The notes: generated from the sequence alone by a model not told the origin. A stretch of 64,000 nt of DNA from a bacterium (GCA_035400585.1 DAOMZR010000001.1:306643-370642); one strand, 5' to 3'. Counted from the first letter of the stretch, positions 1 through 9,270 are shown. Numbers and translations: made by a program.

Positions 1-147
1 CAAACCAGAAGTAGCATTGGCCTGAGGATCAACATCAATTAATAAAGTTTTTTTGCCAGCGTTGGCCAAATAAGCACCTAAATTAAGCGAAGTTGTAGTT
101 TTGCCAACGCCTCCCTTTTGATTAACTACTGAAATTATTTTTCCCAT
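1..147 (-). CDS. parA: ParA/Soj-type partitioning ATPase, N-terminal 49 codons (gene runs off left edge)
   Basis: Reverse translation from 147 gives [49 protein letters not shown]. This contains the deviant Walker A KGGVGKT typical of ParA/Soj/MinD. Confidence 0.85.
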   Translation of the reverse strand, partial: MGKIISVVNQKGGVGKTTTSLNLGAYLANAGKKTLLIDVDPQANATSGL

Positions 148-182
148 AAATTTTTACGTTACAGAAGTGATAAACTGAAACA

Positions 183-211
183 ATTATAACTAATAATTTT
201 ATTTTGAGCAA
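183..211 (-). promoter_or_regulatory. sigma70-like promoter for parA
   Basis: Minus strand TTGCTC (211..206), 17-nt spacer, TATAAT (188..183), about 35 nt upstream of the ATG at 147. Confidence 0.45.
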
Positions 212-213
212 AT

Positions 214-240
214 AAAAAAACCCCACCAAAAAAGGTGAGG
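214..240 (-). terminator. rho-independent terminator of 251..814
   Basis: Minus strand CCTCACC-TTTTTT-GGTGGGG followed by a T7 run, immediately after the stop codon. Confidence 0.6.
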
Positions 241-250
241 TAAATAAAAA

Positions 251-814
251 TTATTTTTTGAGCAAAAAAGCATGCTCTTTAGCCATTATTATTTCTTCTT
301 CTGCCAAAACTCCCAGGACAGTGCAAACACCTTCTTGACCGCCAATAAATGGATAATAAATTTTCCCACCAAAAGACAAACTGGTACCCAGGGAAACAAT
401 AGTGGTTGATTGCGAAATCTTGGAATGCAAAGCTCCGAAAATCAATAAGTCCATAAAATCACCAAATTGTACGTTTCTTAAAGAAGCCTCTCTTCTTACC
501 AAATCAAGATTTATTGGATTAAGAAGATTACACTCCTTCTTGCAATCACCGCCAGCTAGAAGCCAAGAAATTTTAGATGGCATAGCAATGTTTCTTCCCC
601 AATCTTTGATAGCTAAAAATTTTTTAATTTCATCAAAAACCAGATCATAGCCCGCCCAAGATATGAGTTTTTCAGTTAAATGATTCCCATCAAACTCATA
701 AAAACCAAAAGGAATCTCAACGGAATTTTTAGCAGTAGCAATCATTTGGTATGGCCAACCTACTTTACTCGGTTGGACTTTTTTTATGTTTAACTTATGT
801 TTATCTAAATTCAA
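251..814 (-). CDS. hypothetical cytoplasmic protein (187 aa)
   Basis: Long ORF bounded by a promoter-like element and a terminator. The start at 814 is TTG; the first ATG is codon 24 (745). No motif I recognise. Confidence 0.6.
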   Translation of the reverse strand: MNLDKHKLNIKKVQPSKVGWPYQMIATAKNSVEIPFGFYEFDGNHLTEKLISWAGYDLVFDEIKKFLAIKDWGRNIAMPSKISWLLAGGDCKKECNLLNPINLDLVRREASLRNVQFGDFMDLLIFGALHSKISQSTTIVSLGTSLSFGGKIYYPFIGGQEGVCTVLGVLAEEEIIMAKEHAFLLKK

Positions 815-869
815 ATTGTTTTAAGAACTAACATTATATAAGCATTTTTTTAATAAAAAGTCAATACTT

Positions 870-898
870 TTGACAAGCAAATTAAAATCATTTATAAT
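870..898 (+). promoter_or_regulatory. consensus promoter for tRNA-Leu
   Basis: TTGACA (870..875), 17 nt, TATAAT (893..898), 14 nt before the tRNA 5' end. It is back-to-back with a minus-strand TTGACT (865..860) facing 251..814. Confidence 0.6.
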
Positions 899-911
899 TC
901 TTTTATTAAAA

Positions 912-993
912 GCCGATGTGGTGAAACTGGCAAACACGCACGACTCAAAATCGTGTGCCGCAAGGCTTGTGGGTTCAATTCCCACCATCGGCA
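912..993 (+). tRNA. tRNA-Leu (anticodon CAA)
   Basis: 82-nt cloverleaf. Acceptor GCCGATG/CATCGGC, D stem GTG/CAC, anticodon stem CACGA/TCGTG with loop CTCAAAA. Long class II variable arm, T arm GTGGG-TTCAATT-CCCAC, discriminator A. CCA is not encoded. Confidence 0.93.
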
Positions 994-1000
994 CAGAAAA

Positions 1001-1027
1001 AAAGACGGCTAATAATCGTCTTTTTTT
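1001..1027 (+). terminator. rho-independent terminator after tRNA-Leu
   Basis: AAAGACG-loop-CGTCTTT followed by a T run. Confidence 0.65.
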
Positions 1028-1074
1028 GTAAAGAGAACTTTTAAAATAAAATAATAAAAATAGGAGAGCAAAAA

Positions 1075-2145
1075 ATGAAAAGTTTTAAACACTTGGCTTT
1101 TCGACCAGAAAATTCTTGTGGTCGAAAGTATAACGAAGACGGATCAGATGAACCAGCTTTACTTGGAAAAAATGATCCATTCTGGAATGACTATCATAAA
1201 ATAGTTCATTCTAAAAGTTTTAGAAGATTATCAGACAAAACACAAGTTTTTCCAATATCCGCTAATCCTCTAGTAAGAAACCGATTAATTCACAGTATTG
1301 AGGTTTCTTCTCTATCTGAAATAATGGCTGAAATGTTAGAACTTAATTCTTCTTTAAGCTCAGCCATAGGCATTGGTCATGATCTTGGTCATTCACCGTT
1401 TGGTCATTTAGGCGAAAGAATAATTGAGAGATTAAGTGGCCAAAAATTTCGTCATGAACTTTTTGGAGTAATTATAGCAGAAAAGATAGAAAGATCTGGG
1501 CTTGGCTTAAATTTAAGCTGGGAAACTCTAAAAGGAATAACCAAACATTCCAGAGGACCAAATGGGTTAACCATAGATCAAAATCTTCCCCTAGAGTTCA
1601 ACGTGGTAATGTTAGCTGACAAAATTGCCTATTTATTTTCAGATATAAATGATTGTTTAAGAACTGGATTTTTGAAAGAAAAAAATTTGCCAGACTATTA
1701 TCGAAAATTAGGAGAAAATCAAAGACAAAGGGTCAGTAATTGCTTAAAGGCTATTCAAAAAGAAAGCCTGGAATATGGAATGATAAGATTCCAGGAGACA
1801 TCAGAGGCTATACTTTTTGAAAAAATGAGGAAATGGATGTATGAAAACGTTTATTTTGTTCTAAATAATCAAATTGAAAGAAGAAAAATGGAAATCTCCA
1901 TGGAAAAAACTTGGACAAAAATAATAAAATTTTGTGAACCAAGACCCGAACTTAGTCCCGTTTTCATAATTGCCATTATGACCGATAGTGAAATTATTCA
2001 GGTTGCCTCCGACAAAGAAAAACTTGATAAATACAATTTGGGTTTTTCCGAAATCATTCCCTATTGTCAAAAACATTCTTATCAAGAAGAAGATATTCTG
2101 GAGCAATTAGATATAAGAAAATTTATTTATCAGGAAAAAAACTAA
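1075..2145 (+). CDS. dGTP triphosphohydrolase-like HD-domain protein (356 aa)
   Basis: DYHKIVHSKSFRRLSDKTQVF...RLIHSIEVSSL...IGHDLGHSPFGHLGE matches the dGTPase/HD family signature. AGGAGA Shine-Dalgarno 7 nt upstream. Confidence 0.85.
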   Translation: MKSFKHLAFRPENSCGRKYNEDGSDEPALLGKNDPFWNDYHKIVHSKSFRRLSDKTQVFPISANPLVRNRLIHSIEVSSLSEIMAEMLELNSSLSSAIGIGHDLGHSPFGHLGERIIERLSGQKFRHELFGVIIAEKIERSGLGLNLSWETLKGITKHSRGPNGLTIDQNLPLEFNVVMLADKIAYLFSDINDCLRTGFLKEKNLPDYYRKLGENQRQRVSNCLKAIQKESLEYGMIRFQETSEAILFEKMRKWMYENVYFVLNNQIERRKMEISMEKTWTKIIKFCEPRPELSPVFIIAIMTDSEIIQVASDKEKLDKYNLGFSEIIPYCQKHSYQEEDILEQLDIRKFIYQEKN

Positions 2146-2152
2146 CAGAACC

Positions 2153-2181
2153 AAAAAAGGTGGAACAATCCACCTTTTTTT
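2153..2181. terminator. bidirectional terminator between convergent genes
   Basis: AAAAAAGGTGGA-ACAA-TCCACCTTTTTTT, with A/T runs on both sides. Confidence 0.6.
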
Positions 2182-2183
2182 AT

Positions 2184-3167
2184 TTAAAGTTTATTATAAA
2201 TTCTCAATCGCTCTTTATACATAACAAAATACTTCCCATAATTAACATCATTATTTTTAATTGATTTAATAAAGGATTCTAAGGACCACAAGACGCCACT
2301 AAAAACTATTAACTTGAAACCAAAATTAAATTCTTCTGAAAATATTTTTTTATCAAAATTAGTTTTTATTTTTTTAAAATACAAAGACAAAAATTCATCT
2401 ATAAATTTTTTAGAAAAACTACCACTATAAAAAAGGGTATTAGCTAAAGAAAAACCCAAATCATGAGTAAATTTAGCATTATCCCAATCAATAAAAAATA
2501 AATTATTTTTATTTATAATTATATTAGCTCCGGCCACATCCCCATGATCAAAAAAAAGATCAGCCTTCTTATATTTTTTGGTTTTATAAAAATTTTGCAA
2601 AAAAGAAAAGTTGTCGTCAATCCAACAAATTAAATTTGAAAAATCAATTTGATTATTAGTTAAAACTTTTTTATTTTTTTGTATAAATTTTATTCTCTCT
2701 TTTTTTAGCAAAGACAATCTATCAATCGGATTTTCTAAAATATTTAAACTCAATTTATTTTTCTTCTGCAAATTATTAAATTTGTTGAAGTTTAGTTTCT
2801 TTAAACCTATAATTTTTTCAATAAAATTGGATAACTGATTTTGATTTAAATCACGAATAGAAACTTCCTTTCCGGATATATAGGTTGATAATAAAAATGA
2901 ATTTTTTTTATCAAAAAAAACAGCTTTTTCAGAAAAATTAAAACCTCCATCTTCAACAAATTTTAAAACAAGGTAGGCCTTTTCCAATCTATTTTTGGAA
3001 TTTGATTTTTTAAGTGGCAAACGAAGTACATATTTATAATTATTATCAACAATCAAAAAAGACTGATAATTGTTACCACTTGAAAGCTCGGAAATTACAG
3101 GATTTTTTATAATTCCTCTTTGGATTAAGATTTTTAAGGCCTTAGAGTAAGTCATAGAAGCTAACAA
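2184..3167 (-). CDS. APH/choline-kinase-family phosphotransferase (327 aa)
   Basis: Catalytic loop FFDHGDVAGANIII and FFIDWDNAKF (HGDxxxxN / IDWD) of the aminoglycoside/choline kinase fold. Substrate unknown. Confidence 0.7.
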   Translation of the reverse strand: MLASMTYSKALKILIQRGIIKNPVISELSSGNNYQSFLIVDNNYKYVLRLPLKKSNSKNRLEKAYLVLKFVEDGGFNFSEKAVFFDKKNSFLLSTYISGKEVSIRDLNQNQLSNFIEKIIGLKKLNFNKFNNLQKKNKLSLNILENPIDRLSLLKKERIKFIQKNKKVLTNNQIDFSNLICWIDDNFSFLQNFYKTKKYKKADLFFDHGDVAGANIIINKNNLFFIDWDNAKFTHDLGFSLANTLFYSGSFSKKFIDEFLSLYFKKIKTNFDKKIFSEEFNFGFKLIVFSGVLWSLESFIKSIKNNDVNYGKYFVMYKERLRIYNKL

Positions 3168-4288
3168 ATTATTCCACCACCCAAAACCTGAGAACCATTA
3201 TAGAAAACAGCGCTTTGGCCAAAAGTTATTGCTCTTTGTTTTCTTAAAAATTTTACTTTTAAAAGTTTTTTCTTGGTTAATGGCTCAACTACACAGGAAA
3301 CAGCCTTATGTCTATAGCGAATAACTACCTTTGTTTTTAGGGGAAATTTTAAATTTTTTTTATTTGTCCAGTAAAAATTTTTAACCAGCATTTCTTTGCC
3401 ATATAAAATTGGGTCATCAAAGTTTTTAACGACATATAAATATTTCTTTTGATAATCAAATGAAGCCGCATAATAAGGACCAGTTCCACCAATATCAATT
3501 CCCCTCCTCTGACCAATAGTATAAAGTGGTAAACCTTGGTGTTCGCCAATAATTTTATTTTCTGGCCAAAGAATAATTTTCCCCGGCTTTAATTTTAGAT
3601 ATTTTTTTAGAAAATCATTATGTCTTTTTCCGGAAATAAAGCAAATTTCCTGACTTTCGTTTTTAGAGGCAACAGGCAAACCAGACTTGGAAGCAATTTG
3701 TCTTACTTTTGGTTTTTTTAAGTTTCCTAAAGGAAATAATAAATTTTTTAATTGTTTTTGTTCCAAAGTATAAAGGAAATAAGACTGATCTTTGTTTTTA
3801 TCAACCCCTTTAAACAAATAAAAACCATCGGGACATTTCTTAATTTTAACATAATGGCCAGTGGCTAAATAATTAAAACCCAGAGATTTGGCATATTCCA
3901 AGAGCCCTCCAATTTTTATTTTTTTATTACAAACAACACAGGGATTGGGAGTGTTCCCTATCTGATATTCATTCAAAAAATTATCAACCACTTCTTTTTT
4001 AAATTTACTAGAAAAATTAAAAGTATAAAAAGGTATTCCTAGCGAAAGGCAAACTTTTTTAGCATCAAGCTGAGCCTCAAGAGAACAACATTTATTTTCT
4101 GAATTTTGTTCTCCTGGTTCCTTCCAAAAGTTTAAAAAAATACCGCTGACATCATAACCATCGTCAATTAAAAGTTTAGCTGCCACAGCCGAGTCAACAC
4201 CACCAGAAATAGCAACTAAAACCTTTTCTTTTATTTTATCTTTTGTTTTGTTATTTGTCTTATTTTTTTTTATCATAAACTTTTTCAA
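3161..4288 (-). CDS. mnmA: tRNA 2-thiouridylase MnmA
   Basis: PP-loop VLVAISGGVDSAVAA, NTPNPCVVCNKKIK, QSYFLY and GQRRGI motifs; typical length. Confidence 0.9.
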   Translation of the reverse strand: MKKFMIKKNKTNNKTKDKIKEKVLVAISGGVDSAVAAKLLIDDGYDVSGIFLNFWKEPGEQNSENKCCSLEAQLDAKKVCLSLGIPFYTFNFSSKFKKEVVDNFLNEYQIGNTPNPCVVCNKKIKIGGLLEYAKSLGFNYLATGHYVKIKKCPDGFYLFKGVDKNKDQSYFLYTLEQKQLKNLLFPLGNLKKPKVRQIASKSGLPVASKNESQEICFISGKRHNDFLKKYLKLKPGKIILWPENKIIGEHQGLPLYTIGQRRGIDIGGTGPYYAASFDYQKKYLYVVKNFDDPILYGKEMLVKNFYWTNKKNLKFPLKTKVVIRYRHKAVSCVVEPLTKKKLLKVKFLRKQRAITFGQSAVFYNGSQVLGGGIIC

Positions 4289-5393
4289 ATATTTTTTGAT
4301 ACTCAGTAGCAGTTTTTTCCCAAGAAAAAAAAGAAATCCTCTTTTTTGATTTTTCTTTTAGTCTAATTCTTAATAGATCATCAGACAACACCATTTTCAT
4401 AGCTTCAAATAAGTTTTCTGGTTTGTCTGGATTAACAAACAAGGCCGAATCTGACAAAACCTCAGGCAAGCTAGAAGTATTACTAGAAATAACTGGAACA
4501 GAAAAATACATGGCTTCAAGTGGCGGAAAACCAAATCCTTCATAAAAAGAAGGGTAAACAAAAACTTGAGCGTTGGAATAAAATAACGGCTTTTCATTTT
4601 CCGAAATATAACCAATAAATCTAATATCATCTTTATATTTAGATCTTTGCCACTCTTTTTTTATCGCAGCTGTTTTCCATCCCCAAGAACCAACTAAAAT
4701 CAATAGAAGGTCAAAACCAGCCCCCCTTAACAAATTATATGCTTTTATCAGGCCAACAATATTCTTTCTGGGCTCAATTGTGCCTAAGTATAAGACATAA
4801 GGCTTGTTAATATTATATTTCAAAGAAAGAGTATCAACAGAAAAATTATTATCTACAGAAAAATTTAATGGAAGCCCAGGATAAACGACTTCTATTTTTT
4901 CATTTTCAACACCCAAAAGTTCAATCAAATCATTCTTGGTGTTGTTAGAAACTGCTATTATTTTATCAAAATCATTAATTTTCTTTTTGATATTAACAGC
5001 TTTGTGCCAAAAATTCTTTCTATCACTAAAAAACTCGGGATAACGAATAAAGGATAGATCGTGAATTGTAATTACTTTTTTAACATTACTAGAAATAGAG
5101 GCAAAATTTATATGAGGCAAGTAAACCAAATCAGACCCGCCAAGAATTTTATCAATTTTTGGCCAAGAAAAATTTTTTTGTAGTAAATAATTAAATAATT
5201 TGTTTGGATAAAAAGTTTGTACAGTATTTTCCTTGCATAATTCTATATTTTTTTTTCGAAAAGAATTACAAAAAAAACGATAAGTGTTTAACTTATCCTT
5301 TTTCAACAAACTATCAAGCAGGTTAAAAGTGAACATGGAAACCCCACTGTAATAGTTATCCATTAAAACTCTGATATCTACCCCTATTTTCAT
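4260..5393 (-). CDS. glycosyltransferase family 4 (GT-B)
   Basis: C-terminal FVYPSFYEGFGFPPLEAMYFSVPVISSN (E-x7-E motif). Confidence 0.85.
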   Translation of the reverse strand: MKIGVDIRVLMDNYYSGVSMFTFNLLDSLLKKDKLNTYRFFCNSFRKKNIELCKENTVQTFYPNKLFNYLLQKNFSWPKIDKILGGSDLVYLPHINFASISSNVKKVITIHDLSFIRYPEFFSDRKNFWHKAVNIKKKINDFDKIIAVSNNTKNDLIELLGVENEKIEVVYPGLPLNFSVDNNFSVDTLSLKYNINKPYVLYLGTIEPRKNIVGLIKAYNLLRGAGFDLLLILVGSWGWKTAAIKKEWQRSKYKDDIRFIGYISENEKPLFYSNAQVFVYPSFYEGFGFPPLEAMYFSVPVISSNTSSLPEVLSDSALFVNPDKPENLFEAMKMVLSDDLLRIRLKEKSKKRISFFSWEKTATEYQKIFEKVYDKKK

Positions 5394-5395
5394 TT

Positions 5396-6517
5396 TTATT
5401 TAAGATTATTGATATTATCTATAAATCTCTTAATATTATCTCTAAAATTATCCAAAGAAAACTTCTTGGCATGATTTCTTATAAATTGACTATTCCATCT
5501 ATTTTTATCTTTTTTATTTTCAGTATAAAATTTTTGTACACAATTTTTAAGAGATTCAACGGTTTGATGCTCAAAAAACATTCCAGTTTCACCATCAATA
5601 ATGGTTTCTATGGCCCCGCCCTTCTTGTAGGCTATAACTGGCCTACCAGAAGCCATTGCCTCTACCTTAGATATGCCAAAATCTTCTTCTTGAGGATGAA
5701 TAAAGGCTAAACACTTACTAAATAATTCGGCTTTGAGCTCATCATTAATTCTTCCTAAAAATTCAATATTTTTACAATTTTTAGCTATTTTCTTTAATCT
5801 CTTTAAATCAACGCCGTCTCCAAAAACTTTAAGTTTATATTCTGGCCCAAGTTGCTTGAAGCATTCTACGGCCAAATCCACCCTTTTATAAGGCGCTAAA
5901 CGACATCCAATTAAAAAATAGTCACCGACATCCTTACTTATAAAAAACTTATCAACTTCCACTGGAGGATATATCAATTCCGAGTCCCTTTTATAGTATT
6001 TTTTTATTCTTTCCTGAACTGTCTTAGAATTAGCTATAAAATAATCGACACGATCAGCCGCTAGTCTGTCCCAAATCCTTATTTTGCTTAAAATCATTGA
6101 GGCAATTTTTTTAAGAAATTTATTATATGGCAATTCATTAATATATTGATGGGTATCACTCCATAAATATCTGGTTGGTGTGTGACAATAACAGATATGC
6201 TTGGTGTGTGGTGTTGTAATAACTCCTTTAGCAAAAGAGCTAGTGTCGGATATAACCAAATCATATTCTCTTAAATCAAAAAACTCTACTGCTATGGGCA
6301 TAAAAGGCAAATACCATTGATAAAAGCGAACGCCTCCTGGCATTCTTTGAATAATTGAAGCATCCACTCTTCTATTTGGATATCTGTTCTCTACATTTTT
6401 TTTATCATAAAGAAGAGTATAGATGGGCGCTTCTTTAAACATTTCAGAAAAAACTTCTAACACTTTTTCAGCTCCTCCGTCTTGTGCTAAATGATCATGA
6501 ATTAAAGCTACTTTCAT
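5396..6517 (-). CDS. glycosyltransferase family 4 (GT-B)
   Basis: IHPQEEDFGISKVEAMASGRPVIAYKKGG (E-x7-E region). 2-nt gap to the preceding GT. Confidence 0.85.
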   Translation of the reverse strand: MKVALIHDHLAQDGGAEKVLEVFSEMFKEAPIYTLLYDKKNVENRYPNRRVDASIIQRMPGGVRFYQWYLPFMPIAVEFFDLREYDLVISDTSSFAKGVITTPHTKHICYCHTPTRYLWSDTHQYINELPYNKFLKKIASMILSKIRIWDRLAADRVDYFIANSKTVQERIKKYYKRDSELIYPPVEVDKFFISKDVGDYFLIGCRLAPYKRVDLAVECFKQLGPEYKLKVFGDGVDLKRLKKIAKNCKNIEFLGRINDELKAELFSKCLAFIHPQEEDFGISKVEAMASGRPVIAYKKGGAIETIIDGETGMFFEHQTVESLKNCVQKFYTENKKDKNRWNSQFIRNHAKKFSLDNFRDNIKRFIDNINNLK

Positions 6518-7332
6518 ATATTTAAATTAAAATTTCTTTGTCTTAAGGCTTCGTAAACAACAATGCCAGCACTAACCGAAACATTAAGAGAATCAACATT
6601 AGCTATCATTGGAATTCTAATATTTTCCACCTTTCTTTTTTGCCAATCATCACTTATACCAAAAGATTCTGTTCCAAAAACTATAGCCGAGGGCTTGGTA
6701 AAATCGACATCAAAATGACTTTTTTTACCTTTTAAGGTTGTAATAAAAACATTTAAATTATTTTTTTCTAACCAAGAAAAAGTTTCATTAACTGATGACA
6801 AAACTAGCGGCATAGAAAAAATAAATCCAGTACTAGAACGAATAACATTAGGGCTGTAAATATCTGTTTTTTGATCATTTAAAATTAGCAAATCAACACC
6901 AGCAACATAAGCAGTTCTGATTATGGCTCCCAAGTTTCCAGGTTTTTCAACCGATTCTAAAACTAAAATTAATGGATTTTTTTTGAGAACAACGTCTTCT
7001 AATTTTAAAAACTTTGATTTTAAAATAGCCAAACAACCATCAGGGTTTTTCTTGTAGGAAATTTTTTCAAAAACTTTAGCTGAAACATTATAATTTCTTT
7101 TAGATTTCTGAGATATTTCTAAAATAGCTTCTTCTTTTTTAATAAATTCTGGGCAATAGAAAAACTCCTCTATTTCCCAAGAAAGACGAATGGCTTCTTC
7201 AATTTCTCTTTGCCCATCAACAATGATAATACCAGCCTTTTGTCTGTCGCGACTATCTTTTATGAGCTTAGCGATGTCTTTTATTTTTTGATTGGCCGGA
7301 CTGGTTATTTCTAGTGAATCATTTTGGTTCAT
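6514..7332 (-). CDS. SpoU/TrmH-family RNA 2'-O-methyltransferase
   Basis: VEKPGNLGAIIRTA, IVFGTESFGIS, IPMIANVDSLNVSVSAGIVVYE: the three SPOUT motifs. 4-nt overlap with the upstream GT. Confidence 0.85.
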   Translation of the reverse strand: MNQNDSLEITSPANQKIKDIAKLIKDSRDRQKAGIIIVDGQREIEEAIRLSWEIEEFFYCPEFIKKEEAILEISQKSKRNYNVSAKVFEKISYKKNPDGCLAILKSKFLKLEDVVLKKNPLILVLESVEKPGNLGAIIRTAYVAGVDLLILNDQKTDIYSPNVIRSSTGFIFSMPLVLSSVNETFSWLEKNNLNVFITTLKGKKSHFDVDFTKPSAIVFGTESFGISDDWQKRKVENIRIPMIANVDSLNVSVSAGIVVYEALRQRNFNLNI

Positions 7333-7366
7333 AAAACAAAATAATATTTTTTAATTCGCGTTAAAT

Positions 7367-8806
7367 TTATTCTGCTTTTCTGTTTTTAATAACTGCTAGT
7401 GGCGTTCTAAACAAAATGGATAAGTCCAAAAGCAATGACCAGTTCTCTATATAATAGATATCTAATTTAACTTCTTCCTCAAAAAGCAAGTCACTACGTC
7501 CAGAAACTTGAGCTAAACCGGTTATTCCTGGCTTAACAGTTAGTGTTTTCTTGTGGTGTTGTTCATATTTAGCAACCTCTTCTGGTAAATGTGGTCTAGG
7601 CCCGACAATGCTCATCCTGCCAATTAAAACTAAAAACAATTCTGGCAGTTCATCAATACTCCATCTTCTTATAAACCTACCGACACGAGTGACGCGAGGA
7701 TCATCGGCAATTTTAATCATTGGTCCGTCTTTTCTTAAATTTTTATCTATTAATTCATTATAGCGCATACTATCCATTCCCGGTAGCATTGATCTAAACT
7801 TAAAATATTTAAACAATTGACCCCCTTGTCCAACCCTAAAAACAGGAGAACCATCATCTCTTTTGGAAAAGAAAATTGGACCGTGAGAATCTAGTTTGAT
7901 CATTAACATTGTTAAAAGAATAATCGGAGAAAATATTATTATTAAAATAAGCGAAATAATAATATCAAACAATCTCTTAACTATTCTCCCCCAACCATCA
8001 AGAGTTGTTTTCTTAACCTCAACAACCGGAACCCCAGCCATTTCTGAAACCTCTGTTCTTAAAACCTTAACCTCCAAAAGATCAGCTACATACCTGAAAA
8101 TAACATGATGTTCATTAGCAAAATCATACAATCTCAAAGTTTCGACCTTACTAAGATTAGGGTCACTTTGAATTATTTCATCAATTCTCTCTTTTTTAGA
8201 TTCATTTTCTTTATTAAATTCTTTAATAAACTCGGCCAATTCTTTAGAGGTATCTAGAGAAAAATCCCGAACCCTTTTAATCACCTTAAACCCAGAATAT
8301 TTATTGCTAAAAAAATCTTTAATCAAATTATCGCCAGTTTTGCTGGAACCAACTAAAATAATATTTTTTACACCAATACCATAAGCGTAAAGAATTTTCT
8401 GTAACCAATGAATTATTGTTCTGCCAACAGAAACATAAACAATAGCCAAAATCCAAGCACTCAAAACTATAAATCTAGAATCAAATAATTCTCTTTGAAA
8501 AAATATTAAAAGCATCACTAAAACAAAACCGGCCGAACAAGCTAAAAATGTTCTATAAATTTCTTGACTTAATCGGCCTCTGTTTTGAGAATACATGGCT
8601 GAAAAAGCAAAGATAATAATCCATAAAAAAGCTATAAATAAAACAATCTCAAAATAGCTAATAAATGGCAAATTAAAAATAACCGGGCGAATTTCGGTTG
8701 TAAATTTAGAAAATCTGATAAAATAAGCCGACACACCGGCCAGAACTAACAAAACAAAATCTAGAGGAACTAAAATAAAAGAAAAAAACAATTCAGATTT
8801 TTTCAT
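7367..8806 (-). CDS. polyprenyl-phosphate sugar phosphotransferase (WbaP/bacterial sugar transferase family)
   Basis: N-terminal multi-TM region, then KRLFDIIISLILIIIFSPI...FKFRSM...DELPELFLVLIGRMSIVGPRP. Confidence 0.85.
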   Translation of the reverse strand: MKKSELFFSFILVPLDFVLLVLAGVSAYFIRFSKFTTEIRPVIFNLPFISYFEIVLFIAFLWIIIFAFSAMYSQNRGRLSQEIYRTFLACSAGFVLVMLLIFFQRELFDSRFIVLSAWILAIVYVSVGRTIIHWLQKILYAYGIGVKNIILVGSSKTGDNLIKDFFSNKYSGFKVIKRVRDFSLDTSKELAEFIKEFNKENESKKERIDEIIQSDPNLSKVETLRLYDFANEHHVIFRYVADLLEVKVLRTEVSEMAGVPVVEVKKTTLDGWGRIVKRLFDIIISLILIIIFSPIILLTMLMIKLDSHGPIFFSKRDDGSPVFRVGQGGQLFKYFKFRSMLPGMDSMRYNELIDKNLRKDGPMIKIADDPRVTRVGRFIRRWSIDELPELFLVLIGRMSIVGPRPHLPEEVAKYEQHHKKTLTVKPGITGLAQVSGRSDLLFEEEVKLDIYYIENWSLLLDLSILFRTPLAVIKNRKAE

Positions 8807-8821
8807 AGTTTAAATTTGATT

Positions 8822-9190
8822 TAATTTAATTAAGTTTAAGAATAAGCCGGATTCTGTCGAGGATGATTATTTATCTAGATTTATTGTTGCCAATAAATTC
8901 TGGCGAGTTACTTTTTACGTATAAATACGCTTTACTCTTGCTCCTTGATAGGGTTTACCATGGCACTTCCGTCACCGGAAGGCAAATGTTGTGGCTAAAA
9001 CCTCAACAAACTTTTCACCTTTCACCGTCGAAACGGCTAGTATTGTCTCTGTGGCACTTTCCCTCGCCTTAAGGCGGGTGGGTGTTACCCACTATCATCA
9101 CGAATTTCTTTGAAATTCTAGGAGTCCGGACTTTCCTCTTTTTTTATTAAAAATAACAAAAAAAGCAATCATCTACTTTAACTTAATCAT
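8822..9190 (-). ncRNA. rnpB: RNase P RNA (bacterial type A-like)
   Basis: Minus strand contains GAGGAAAGTCCGGACTCC (P4 5' strand), AGGGAAAGTGCCACAGAGA, GGTGAAAGGTGAAAAG and ACAGAATCCGGCTTAT (P4 3' strand). P2 GATGATT/AATCATC and an AT-rich P3 hairpin are present. Ends are approximate (+/-10 nt). Confidence 0.88.
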
Positions 9191-9194
9191 ATAA

Positions 9195-9223
9195 ATAATA
9201 CCAAAAGAAAGGTCAAAAGTCAA
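9195..9223 (-). promoter_or_regulatory. promoter for rnpB
   Basis: Minus strand TTGACT (9223..9218), 17 nt, TATTAT (9200..9195). Confidence 0.5.
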
Positions 9224-9225
9224 TT

Positions 9226-9254
9226 TAAAAAAAGAACGCCCAATCGAGCGTTCT
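9226..9254 (-). terminator. terminator of 9271..9639
   Basis: Minus strand AGAACGC-TCGATTGG-GCGTTCT followed by T7. Confidence 0.6.
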
Positions 9255-9270
9255 GTAAAAAAACATAAAA

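Noticed and set aside
402-650. Antisense or nested ORFs of 60-143 aa inside longer genes (for example 402..650, 1861..2106, 13379..13582, 22853..23188, 34329..34867, 61050..61481)
   Set aside because: Each is fully embedded antisense or out of frame in a gene with clear family motifs. The products are low-complexity (Ile/Phe/Lys/Ser-rich), as expected from AT-rich antisense frames, and there are no promoters or terminators of their own.
251-814. Horizontal-transfer call for the orphan genes (251..814, 9271..9639, 45659..46300, 49875..50483) from higher G+C
   Set aside because: My hand counts of ~100-nt samples gave about 37-43 G+C per 100 nt in these genes against 25 in a proS sample. A mreB sample gave 47, so conserved core genes are just as GC-rich. 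Composition alone does not support foreign origin. Codon or tetranucleotide statistics on the whole genome are needed.
8863-9072. 69-aa plus-strand ORF from the six-frame track
   Set aside because: It lies entirely inside the RNase P RNA gene on the opposite strand. The conserved P4 and J-region motifs explain the sequence, and there is no start context or protein motif.
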